From assembly GCA_010405405.1 (NCBI GenBank), contig MU004236.1, positions 2,114,070-2,178,069 on the forward strand: DNA of 64,000 nt, read 5' to 3'. The translations under genes were made by a program, and so were the position numbers. The DNA comes from Microthyrium microscopicum. Taxonomy: Eukaryota. The notes below the pieces were generated by a model, which ran no database searches, had not been told where the DNA came from, and saw only the letters and a list, made by a program, of their open reading frames with translations. This document shows, piece by piece, positions 51,983 through 62,789 of this stretch; positions within the stretch are counted from its first letter, which is position 1; every line of letters starts with the position of its first letter.

Positions 51983-52759
51983 CTACTTCATCTTCTCATC
52001 TTGCAACTGCACACTTTTCCTTTTCCCAGACCCAAGTCCAAAAACCTGCCCAAAATAATCACCAACTTCCTCTCTGCTTACATGCGGTGAGCGTGCCCTG
52101 CTCTGCACCGGAGACATTCGGAATATCTGGCTCTGTGCCGTCAAACTACGACTATGTCTCTTCGGCCGCGGCGTGCTCACGCCTGGCGATACAGCTGGCA
52201 ACACCAGGCGAGAATTGATATTCGTCCACCGGGCCTCATCTGCTATTGCATCTTCGTCGGCGGCCAGATCGCGCCATCCACCCACACCTTCGTAATCTCG
52301 ATCTGGCAGACCAGCACCAACTAGTGAAGCGAACGAGTCTGAACGAGTAGGCGCATCGGCCGGACTGCCGGGGATAGATGTGAGCGAGGTTGAAGAGCGG
52401 ACGCTGGGGGTAGTGCTGCTAAATCGCCGTGGACCGCCAGCTAACGGTGTGATGAATGAGTTTTCGGGGGACAACCGAGTAGTAGATCGGATAACTGTAT
52501 GTCGCGAGTCGGAGCTGCCATTGCTGCCATTGGTAGAAGAGGAGTGTCGTCTAGGTTTGGCGTAGGATGATTTGGTCGTCGATTTGGGTGGAATGATGTA
52601 CAGTGAGCTGCGAACGAGGGCTAGACCGACATCGAAATAGACGATGCAGACGCGTAGAAAGAGAGTGAAGGCAGCGACAATGGTAGTTAGAGCAGCGAAT
52701 ATGGCTAGAGGAAGTGAGAGGAGAACGATGCAAATTGGCAAAAGATAGCGAAGAACCAT
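51983..52759 (-). CDS. Hypothetical protein with N-terminal hydrophobic segment and Ser/Arg-rich tail
   Basis: Long ORF; N-terminal TM-like stretch; motif DRDYEGVGGWR...WTNINSRL. Start chosen at the second ATG. Confidence 0.7.
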   Translation of the reverse strand: MVLRYLLPICIVLLSLPLAIFAALTTIVAAFTLFLRVCIVYFDVGLALVRSSLYIIPPKSTTKSSYAKPRRHSSSTNGSNGSSDSRHTVIRSTTRLSPENSFITPLAGGPRRFSSTTPSVRSSTSLTSIPGSPADAPTRSDSFASLVGAGLPDRDYEGVGGWRDLAADEDAIADEARWTNINSRLVLPAVSPGVSTPRPKRHSRSLTAQSQIFRMSPVQSRARSPHVSREEVGDYFGQVFGLGSGKRKSVQLQDEKMK

Positions 52760-53348
52760 TATGGTGTCATAACATGGTGATCGCAAACGTTTTTCAACGA
52801 AACCCCAAATTGGAAAACTAAGATTCCCAAGAAGTTTGAAGGACGATAAGAGGTGAAGTTGATGATAGGAGCTAGGATAGAAATATCTTTATGGCCCTAT
52901 CTACATGTAGTGCGCCATGCCGGCTATCCGCCCTCCGCCTCAATGGTGGCCAGGGTGCTGGTAGTAGTTTCTATTATTAAGAGCTCATGATCCACGAGTA
53001 ATGCATCTAATGGCATGTGGCATTAGTGGGATCGAACATAATCTTTTGCAACAACAACAATCGAAGTCTTGATTTTTCAACTCAAGACGACTCTGGGCAG
53101 ACATTGCCAACTTAATATTCATGACGTTTCCCCGCACTCTACGTCAGCCTTGTGACCAGCCTGATCCGCAAAAAGCAACCACCAATCATTTTCCACGACC
53201 AGTCATCGACCCAAACAGTTTGATGCAAATGGCAAAGACCTTTCTCCATGATTGTTAGCAAACTCGATGAATGTGGCGAATTCTTCCGGGGATAGTGACC
53301 TTCTAGCTCTTTCGCAAGGCAGGTCCATCTACTCCGTCATCTATCACT

Positions 53349-54554
53349 ATGGGGGACAATAAAGATGCGGATGCCTTTCCATGGCATCTAGGCGTATTCG
53401 ATGCTCATTGCCACCCAACTGACATCAATGCTTCTATCGCAAAAATTCCAGACATGAAGGCTCAAACATTGGCTCTCATGGCAACACGTGGGGAAGATCA
53501 AGAAATGGTTCACGAAGCAGCTCAGAATCTCGGTCCCAAAGGCACCACCCTCGACAAGAACGTTCGAGTACTGCCATCATTTGGCTGGCATCCTTGGATG
53601 GCTCACTTACTATTTGATGATACTCAATTTGATGGTCGAACGACACTCACTCAGGATGAAAGGAGAAAGCACTTTGACTCTGTGCTCACGCCTGCTCCAT
53701 CAGATGACTCGTTTGTCAAGGCACCCGAGGAACTGGTCGCGCTCTCAACATATCTCGGCCAGCAACGCGAGTATCTACTTCAACACCCCCTCGCCATGGT
53801 TGGCGAAGTAGGAATCGACAGGAGATTCCGCATACCCACACCGTGGACAGCAGAAGAGTTCCAGAAGCGAACAATGCTACGAACTGGCGGCTCAAGAGAA
53901 GGTCGCGGGCTGTCTCCTCAAAGTGTATCCATGGAGCATCAACTCAAAGTTCTAGAAGCCCAAGTACGTCTGGCTGGTGAACTGGAGAGACCTGTAAGTG
54001 TCCATGGAGTACAAGCTCACGGGGCATTGTTCGACTTCTTCAACAAACTATGGAAAGGGCACGAGATAGAGAGCAAAACCAAAGCAAAACGAAGAAGAGC
54101 AGAAGCTCTAGAAGCCAAAAACGTCGCTGCTCAAAAGGACGATGATTCACCCCCAGCGACTGAAGAGACTAAGGCGGATACTCAAACTACTACAAAGCCG
54201 TTTCCACCACGGATATGTCTTCACTCCTACTCAGGACCAGCCACGAATCTGAAACAATATTTCAAATACACAGTTCCCAGCAAAGTCTATGTCTCCTTCT
54301 GTATGGAAATCAACTTTGCTACAAATGGTGGAGTATCGAAGGCAGAAGAATGTATAAAGTTTCTGCCGGCCGATAGAATCTTGATAGAAAGTGATTTGCA
54401 TAGAGCTGGACCAGAGATGGATCAGAAGCTAGAAGAAATAGCGCGAAAGATCTGTGACCTGAGAGGTTGGAGCCTTGAAGAGGGCGTCAAAATTCTCGGC
54501 GAGAATTGGAAAAGCTTTGTATTAGGATCGACAGATAAACAACAGGAGAAGTAA
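53349..54554 (+). CDS. TatD-family metallo-dependent hydrolase (Cut9-interacting Scn1-like)
   Basis: FDAHCHP, FGWHPW, VGEVGID, VSVHGVQAHG, CLHSYSG, ILIESDL; single 401-aa ORF. Confidence 0.88.
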   Translation: MGDNKDADAFPWHLGVFDAHCHPTDINASIAKIPDMKAQTLALMATRGEDQEMVHEAAQNLGPKGTTLDKNVRVLPSFGWHPWMAHLLFDDTQFDGRTTLTQDERRKHFDSVLTPAPSDDSFVKAPEELVALSTYLGQQREYLLQHPLAMVGEVGIDRRFRIPTPWTAEEFQKRTMLRTGGSREGRGLSPQSVSMEHQLKVLEAQVRLAGELERPVSVHGVQAHGALFDFFNKLWKGHEIESKTKAKRRRAEALEAKNVAAQKDDDSPPATEETKADTQTTTKPFPPRICLHSYSGPATNLKQYFKYTVPSKVYVSFCMEINFATNGGVSKAEECIKFLPADRILIESDLHRAGPEMDQKLEEIARKICDLRGWSLEEGVKILGENWKSFVLGSTDKQQEK

Positions 54555-55258
54555 TACAAAAAGCTTCCTGTGGTATTCTGTGATATTGTTTCAAGGCCAT
54601 TGATAGCGTACGAATGTTCTTAACAGAGCGTATTATGCAAACACGCCACTGGTCAGTGTCCTTGTAGTTTGTCAAGCTCTGTATCATGGAATTTCTGGAA
54701 AACGAACCTTGAAAGAATGGGCAAATGAGATCTGTGATAGTAAGGACAATGTAAACAAGACTGTTCTATCCAATGAGGAGGTATTCTAAAATTGCTTTTC
54801 CAGGGGATATTCTGCAACACCATTTGCATCACGAAGTGGGTCTACCAAAAACAGATGACGATAAAACCTGGCTTGCATAATGATCTACCCGTACGCACGA
54901 GCTGCATATTTTTCTTATTGGTAAGATGCTATCCATAGAGCTTTATCCTGTCACGCTTGTCAAGCCGAATGTTTACATAACTGACACTGATGGTTCTAGA
55001 AAAGGAACAATGCGCTGAACATTTTCGATTCAGATGACTTCTGATCTCAGGGCCCGTGATGAAACATTGCAAGAGAGTGCTCTGAGGTTGTAATGGCGCT
55101 TGCAATGTAACTCCCAGAGGTCATAAAAGTCAGATATCCAGCCAGCGTGTGAAGGCTTGATTCTTACCGTGTCTTTACGATATCATATTCTACTCTTTAC
55201 TTTCTTGTTCATATAGAGCGTAGCTCATTTACTTCTTGTATTTACTACCATTTTCAAT

Positions 55259-56159
55259 ATGAGATTCCAAACATTTGTATCTATTGCGCTTGCCGCTGGC
55301 TTCGTTGCTGCTCTGCCTACTCCTCAGGAGGATGTGAACTCCATCCTCGCAGCTCTCGAGGCAAACAGGTAAGCTCTAAGACTCGAGTATTTGCGACCAT
55401 CTACTTACATGTGTAGCCCCGAGGATGCCAGTGCCGCACGTGGTGGTCCGAACAAGCGTCAAGACGACATCGCTTCTGTCCTTGCAGCTCTTAAGGCCAA
55501 CAGGTACATATCAAACCACCCATGATCCGGGGAAAGCAAGATAGCTGACAGACTGTAGCCCCGAAGATGCCAGCGCCGCTCGTGGTGGCCTAAACAAGCG
55601 TCAAGGTACGCAAGCACTCAGAAATACAAGTTCAACATCTGACAGAGTGATAGATCTCAGTGATATCACATCACTTCTCGGGGGCGGAGCCGCCGGAGGC
55701 GCTGGAGGTGCTGCTAATGCGGATCCTCTTGATGCCATCACTGGCCTCATCACTAAGCGTCAAGACGACGTTGCTTCCATTCTCGATGACCTTGAGAAGA
55801 ACAAGTGAGTACAACTAAGCAATACGTCTCTTTGCATTGCTGACATGTGGCAGCCCAGATGATGCCAAAGCCGCCCGTGGTGGCTTGAACAAGCGTCAAG
55901 ATGACATTGCCTCTGTTCTCGCTGACCTCGAGAAGAACAAGTGAGTATGGAAGAGCAGTACAAGATCGCATTGCTGACATTAAGTAGCCCAGATGATGCT
56001 CAAGCCGCCCGTGGTGGTTTGAACAAACGCCAGGACGACGTTGCCTCCATTCTCGATGATCTTGAGAAGAACAAGTAAGTTGACTCGAGCCAAAAAATGT
56101 TTACATTTCTGACATGCATCAGCCCAGATGATGCCAAAGCCGCCCGCGGGGGATTGTAA
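55259..56159 (+). CDS. Secreted Kex2-processed repeat protein (peptide precursor), 201 aa, 7 exons
   Basis: Exons 55259-55368, 55417-55503, 55559-55605, 55654-55804, 55854-55940, 55988-56074, 56123-56159, all with GT-AG introns and branch-like sites, total 606 nt in frame; signal peptide plus KR-separated repeats. Confidence 0.88.
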
Positions 56160-56808
56160 AGGCTAGAGAAGGTGTTTAAGTCCTCGCTATCCTTGAGAAA
56201 ACAAGTAAGTAGATGCCCTGTACATTGGCAGCTGAGATCTAGAGCTAATGGTCTTAGTCCTACTGATTTTGCTATCGTTGGCTCGATTTAGATGGAGAGG
56301 ATGGGAGCATTAGATATTGGTGAATGATTATTCGCACAGATACCTAGCAGTCTGCAATATATAGGCCAGAAACGATAGCCTTGACTTTGGAACTCAATCA
56401 AAGAATGGTCATGTGAAAGTGATATGCCCCTTTTCATCAGATCAAGGACGCGACTGACTACCAATGGCAATCGATGAAGGTATGTAGTTACAAGTAAGAG
56501 CCTGTTCAATAGGCATACGACTGATGCCAAAATGAGTATGAAAAGTGAATGGACAGCTCGCAGAGCTAGTCTGGTCGAATTCGTGGAATGAAGTATCGTG
56601 AAAAGGAACGTTTAAACTGTCCTTGGTATTGATTGGCCAAAGGCTTCATCAGACAGAGACCCTGTAAAATGCACATCGGAAGCTGCAACTTTTTTGCCAT
56701 CACCAAAAAGATCTTTTGAATCTTTTCCTATCCAGCCCACAAGCAGAAGATTATCTCTGTTCCGCACTACTTCTACCATATCCAGAATTCCAGCAACTCT
56801 TTATAGCC

Positions 56809-57248
56809 ATGGCCTCCGCCGTGGCCATCGGATTCGGCATTGCCGCAGCCGCCTTCTTCGTGAGTCCACCATCTCAATACATTCAACCGGCATATACTAA
56901 CATCCCCAGGGCCGAGCCGGTCTTGTCGCCATGCGCAGATGGCGCGGTGGCACTGGTGTACTCGCGCGCGGATACTATAAAGGCGGCTTCGAGCCCAAGA
57001 TCAACCGACGAGAGGCAGCGCTCATCCTCGAACTTCCGTACGTCCCTACCCATCGCAGTGCGCAGATCTATGGCGCAAACAATTGGAGAGGATACTGACG
57101 GGTAAATAGTGAACGGGGTATCAATAAAGATCTATTGCGCAAGAAGCATCGCCAGCTCATGCTGCTGAACCATCCGGATCGCGGCGGTAGTCCATATCTT
57201 GCTAGCAAGATCAACGAGGCCAAGGAGTTTCTAGATAAGGCGACGTGA
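56809..57248 (+). CDS. PAM18: Mitochondrial import motor J-protein Pam18/Tim14, 3 exons
   Basis: [19 protein letters not shown]...[32 protein letters not shown]. Confidence 0.93.
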
Positions 57249-57793
57249 AATACGGCGGAAAGAAAAGCTGTACGATCATGTCGGATGTATGGTTGATTTG
57301 GATTGTCGTTAGATGCATAGCGTGGTGTTTGGTGGGTTTTATTGCATAGCATGGCAACTTTGCTATATTACAAACTCTGCTCTGTGAATGGGATATGTCA
57401 TTGAACACATCATATTGTATTCGGCATTTGATAATGTCGAGATTTTACTATTTCCCTGTTGTGGGTTCTCGCATTGTGACAGCAAACAACTTCTTGCGAC
57501 CATACGACTCTATAAAAATGTGAACCAAGTGCTACTTTACAAGCTCCATGCTTGCTTTTGATTTCCATGAAGACCTTTTCATATATTTGTTCCCTCAGAG
57601 GTATCAATGTTGGAACATTTAGTAGAAGGAGTGACAGTATTTTTGTTGGCGCATCTTGGTGGAAATGGAGGCAGTTGCATCATGCGGCAGCTTCACTGCA
57701 CGCGCGATGTTCTTGAGTACGCGCCGCCAACCTTTTTCTTCTCTGCGCAACATTCCTCAGATCTTCAAAGCTGCCCCATACTTCGCTCGCGCA

Positions 57794-59175
57794 ATGCAAT
57801 CGGGTAAGTCTTCTACTCCTACGTCTTCTTCATCACATACTAATGTGGTATCGTAGTTGAAGAAATCCTAGAGCAGGCTGCAGGTGGCGGCTCAATCCAG
57901 AGGTACACCGTACACTTTTACGACTCGATGCGCTTTGTACTAACAGATGCAGCGATGACTGGTCTCGAGTCCGCGACTTTATCTTAAACAGAATAGAAAC
58001 AGCAGGTGCTCTGCAAGACTCATCCTTGATTTGATCACTGACAGCAACAGCTTGTATCCGACGAATTTCCTTCACCTCCGTCTTCCCTAACCTCACCACC
58101 ACAACCGCCAGCGCAAGCGATATCCTCCTCCGAGACGGACCTCAACAGCTCGCCAACGATAACTAGAAGCTCTCGCGTGACGCCAACACAAGAATTAGAG
58201 TCAACGGATAAGGAAAATGCCCCTCCGCAGGTCACCTCAAATGCAACCTTGGATTTCTTCGGACAAGCTCAGTCGAAGCCATCACCATTAGATATTGCCA
58301 AAGGCCTTCAAGCCGACATTCGAGATAGCTTGTCTAGAGGGTTTCCTACATACCCTCCCCATACCATCCAGCGACTTTCAGAATTAATACTCTGGCCGAA
58401 GCGAGAATATCGGTACCTTCCCGCTTATCTACAAGCCCTCAATCGCGTTGTGAGCGTAACAAGCAATACATCGATATTTCCTTTACCACATCACACGGCT
58501 CCTCAGTCAGCGACAGCTGGCTTATTAGTCAATGGAAATATTGACTCGGCATTAGGAAGCGATGAAAGCCTAGGTGGTGCTCTTCTCACTCCAATTCCAT
58601 GGCTGACAGCAAATTCGCCGTCAACAGATGCAGATCGCGACCTACAGGATACGGCCCAGCGACTACATGACCAGCACGCCATCGATACACCGAGCTCTAG
58701 CGATACTGTGATGTCAAATGGCGAAATTACACCTGAGAGCTCGACCGACGAACCTGGATCGCCTTCTAGCGTAGAGGCCGCTCTACGGGCTGAAGGTGCT
58801 GTCACACAAGGTGAGCTATTGCGCCTAGAGCAAGAGGCCGGTGTGGTGCCTGTTCCTTCAAGACATGGAATCATGGATGATGATTTGAACATTATGGACA
58901 CGGCTGACGACGATGCGTCAGATGGACATGCACCACCGACTACTACCGCTGCAGCAGAAGAGTCTGAAGAGATTCCTCATGCGCGAGGCCCGGAGGAGAT
59001 TGGGGTTGAAGATATGGGGCCTCAATCCGGCGCCCCGGGTGGCGTGGAAGGGATTTTGCGAGAACACCAAGCTCATGAGCCGACGCAAGGGCAGACAGCG
59101 GAACAGGAGAGTGATACGGGCATGGACGTGGACACTAAGGCAGAGGAGACAGCGAAGGAAGCGGACACATCTTAA
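57794..59175 (+). CDS. Protein phosphatase 4 regulatory subunit R2-like protein, 4 exons
   Basis: FPTYPPHTIQRLSELILWPKREYRYLPAYLQALNRVVSVTS matches the PPP4R2 core; acidic low-complexity tail; three short 5' exons inferred. Confidence 0.75.
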
Positions 59176-60544
59176 AGTGTTTAGCTTGGATAGGCTCTCT
59201 TATTTGTAGGCTAGTATTTGATATGCCTATGCAGTAGGGGGTTGATTCCAATCAACGAATTAATGAATTGATACCAAAAATGCTACTAGTAGTTTAAGTG
59301 ACTTGCTTTTTACAAAGGTTCCCTGCATCAAGCAGACCCTCTCTACGCTCGATATTCGGGGTGACCAGAAAAAGGCAAAAGCGTTGCAACGGCCTCATCG
59401 GAATTGATCCGATGGCTCGTTGAAAACCCCATTAGGCAACCGCTATTGGTGCGCATCGCAATACAAAAGGTGGACTAGGCTCAAGAGCTTGATGCAAGGC
59501 GCCACATGAGCAGGGATTGATAAATTGCTCTGGTGAGACCAGCCCAGCCTTGCTTGGACTTGATTCCAATGCGAAAGCTTACAAGGTAGAGCTCTGCCGG
59601 TTCCTGGACACGAAAAAACGGGACCTTTGGGATAGAGGATCATCGCTGCTTGGTCTGCCGACCCTGCCTCTGACTCTTTGCAAGCACGACATGATACAAG
59701 TAAAGAGTAGCCTGGTTAGGCGGCGGTCGAGCTCGTCACCTACATGTACCCCCATTGCTTCGTGGCCTACAATTGGATCGTGATGCAAAGCATTGGGACA
59801 CATCATTTTACAATGTCTTGAAAAAAGTCTGCAATACAAGGTATATAGCTCTTGCCAGGCTGAGCTTGGTAGGACTCATTAATTCAATCGGAAAATGGGG
59901 ATGGAAGATCATGGATTCTGCTATCAGCCTGGTGAGACAAGCGCAAGCACAGGCCGCCCCTGCATCAAAACCCCTAGACAAGCGAGTTGCACTAGTCCCG
60001 ATACAGGTTTAATGAGTGCCCAGATCCCGTGAAACCGCGCGACTTTCCTGTCATGAGCAACGCGTGATTGGACGTCTGTCCGGCAAAGTCGCGTTTTCTC
60101 CCCGGGACTCACCATTTTGCCCATAGCAGGCATCACTCAACAAGCTATCCCGCGCCTTTGTACGCCTCTTAACGGGCTGAAAGTATCTTTCTCGCTTCTC
60201 CTATCGGGCCTCTGACCAGGCTGTGTTTCCTCTACGTTTCTGCTGGTATATAACTATCAAAGGCTTGCCTCGTAATGCTCCGTCTTTTCACTTCCTGCAT
60301 CTTTGACTCGTCCGCCTTGTCTCCCACGTCCCTAGTAGTAAGTTCCCTCGCAGGCTTCCCATTTCAAAGCCTCTTGGATTTTTATTCGTAGTAAATACAT
60401 ACCCTTGTAAGGAGGTGTTGTCTAGTTATTGTTTTGGTACTTAAGTACCTCTTCCCTCCCCTTTTTGTCACCCTCTTGTTCGGCCCTCATCCCGTTCCTT
60501 TCCGTACTATCAACCTTCCATCCATACATCCATCCCCAGCCACC

Positions 60545-61516
60545 ATGTTTTCCACCGGCCGTCGACAGGAAAGTTTCTCAACAAAGAATCGAGCTGCTAA
60601 AGCCTCGTTCTCGAAAAAACGATCATCATTCAAAGCCGGATCATCTCGGCGTTATGAACAAGTAGCTCAGGAACAACTTGCACAAGCTGAATCAGCGAAT
60701 GCTCCTCAAGTATCTCCGTATGTTTCACCCTGATTTTCTGATTCGATTCATCTCTAACAAATATCAGATCTCTCACAAGTGCCATCATTACACTCTCAGT
60801 CGGAGCAGAACAACGACTTTTCGCCGCCCATGAAGAAGTTATCTCAAACTCCCCATTCTTCGCCCAACTCTGCCAACAGAAGTTCTACGAATCCAACAAA
60901 CGCATCGATCTCCCCAACGAAGAACCAGAGATATTCTCCTGTGTGCTTGAATACCTGTACAAAGGAGACTACTATCCACGCCTAGAATTCAACAAACGCC
61001 GCAACAGCTGGGCTCTCCAAGATGCTGCCGACGCAGCAGCCCGAGCCGGCACCACAGAAGTGACCATGTATGACAACGGAACGCCAGTTCGTATTCTCAG
61101 AGATACCGTCATCTACGTAAGTCTTCTCCCTTTCAGCGGGTTGGGCGAAATCTAATACCTCCAAGTGTCTGGCCGACAAATACGGTCTTCCTGAACTACA
61201 GCATCTAGCTCTGAAGAAACAAGGTCTCCAGTCCGGAATCTCATGTGCTACAATCCTCAACTCAGGACGTTTCGCCTACGCCCACACGCCCGACAGCGAT
61301 AGCCGTCTGCGAGCTCACTATCTCGCACTCATAATCCGCAGCCGCGCTACATTCAAGCGCTCCGGCACAATGCAGATGGAGATGGAGCGAGGAGGTCGTC
61401 TATTCTTCGACCTTTTCGTCGCCATGGTCAATCACATGGTAAGCACACTCACCCACCACATAATCCTCACCGATTCCTAACATTTCCCACAGGATGACTT
61501 GACCAAAAGTCCCTAG
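60545..61516 (+). CDS. BTB/POZ-domain protein, 4 exons
   Basis: IITLSVGAEQRLFAAHEEVISNSPFF...IDLPNEEPEIFSCVLEYLYKGDYYP...IY/CLADKYGLPELQHLALKK. Confidence 0.85.
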
Positions 61517-62789
61517 ATGAAGCTTTCTTAGATAGAAACGCTTGATATACACACCACTCTCCATCTCCCTGGTAGCTCCCCTACCAGTCTCCTCTTCTTC
61601 TCTTCAACTGTAAATATTATATACCCCTTAGAGCTGCTCCACCGCGCCATCACAGCACCAGCACGCCAAAATCATTCTCTTCAATTCTGTACACTACCGC
61701 CAGATCACATGGCGAAACCACTTAACGACAACTCCTCGCTTCCCAGCACGGCGAGTTTGAGTTTTATTTGACGACTTTCTAACTTTTCTCGACGGTCTTT
61801 GCCCGTTCACCAAATTTTGTAGCAGCTTAGGTGTTTTCATAAAAGATAAAGCGACAAAAGAGTACCGCTTCGCTATTTTGTTGGAATGAGATTGGATTCG
61901 GTATATTTATCCGACAGATATACTTCGCGGAACTGTGGAATTGGGCACGATTGGGATTTATCGAGTGTCAAATTGCTGGGTCGCTGAGGGCGCTGGAATA
62001 TCTGCTACGCGCAAAATTGGCATCTTTCACTGGTGAAAGACCGCTGTTATGCAGCTTAATGTTGCTGTTTCTTGAGATTTACAAGTAATAGCAGTCTCCT
62101 TGTATGGGGTACTTTGTCACATTTTAGAAAGCAGAAAATCTACAAATGATGAAATCGCTTGACTTTTGCAATTGTCTGAATTGTTTGTATAGTTTTGTGA
62201 TGCGCCATGATACTCGAGACTGAATGCATCAGCCGCAGCAGAACAGGATGGGCTGGTGGCAAAAGAAGGGGGCCCGGAATCAAAAACTCTTCAGGAGAGG
62301 AGTCCATAGGGTATAGCTTTGCCTCACTATTTCCTAATCAGGTAGAAAAGCCCAAACCCCATCATCAGAGCGTTCTTGGCTTGTGGTCGAGTGAGAGGCA
62401 AAACGTTAATAATCCAAGATGAATGGTTGGTCAGACTACCTAGTGAGTCAGACCGTCCCGATACCTCCTGGGATATGCCATGTTGAGTATATGCTCAAAG
62501 AGCAAGGAAAATGACTGCAAAATGCTCCGCGGGCTGCCAACTATGGTGCCCAAAGCGTGAGCTTACTTGGTCTAGACGATGAAGCTGAGATATGCAAGGC
62601 TGGCCTTTCATGGATGGATCGGCGAGATATGGTCTTTGTTAGCAGAATGGATAGTGGTCCTTGAGCATGCACATGCAGTAGTCGGATCTTCAGGGGGCAC
62701 GGGTATCCATGTACGACTCATGGAGGCCGCGCTGGTCTGTTTTGTGGAATGGTATGCTTTGATGGTGTGAAGGTTGACGGGTAGCGGCC

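Noticed and set aside
55420..56160. Repeat-spacer pattern superficially like a CRISPR array
   Set aside because: Eukaryotic locus; the 'spacers' are GT-AG introns and the repeats are in-frame coding exons.
53349..57248. Possible RiPP biosynthetic cluster around the repeat precursor
   Set aside because: Flanking genes are TatD/Scn1 and PAM18; no DUF3328, tyrosinase, P450, methyltransferase or transporter seen nearby.
59300..60300. Cluster of 66-88 aa ORFs between PP4R2-like and BTB genes
   Set aside because: No motifs or consistent splice structure; treated as intergenic.
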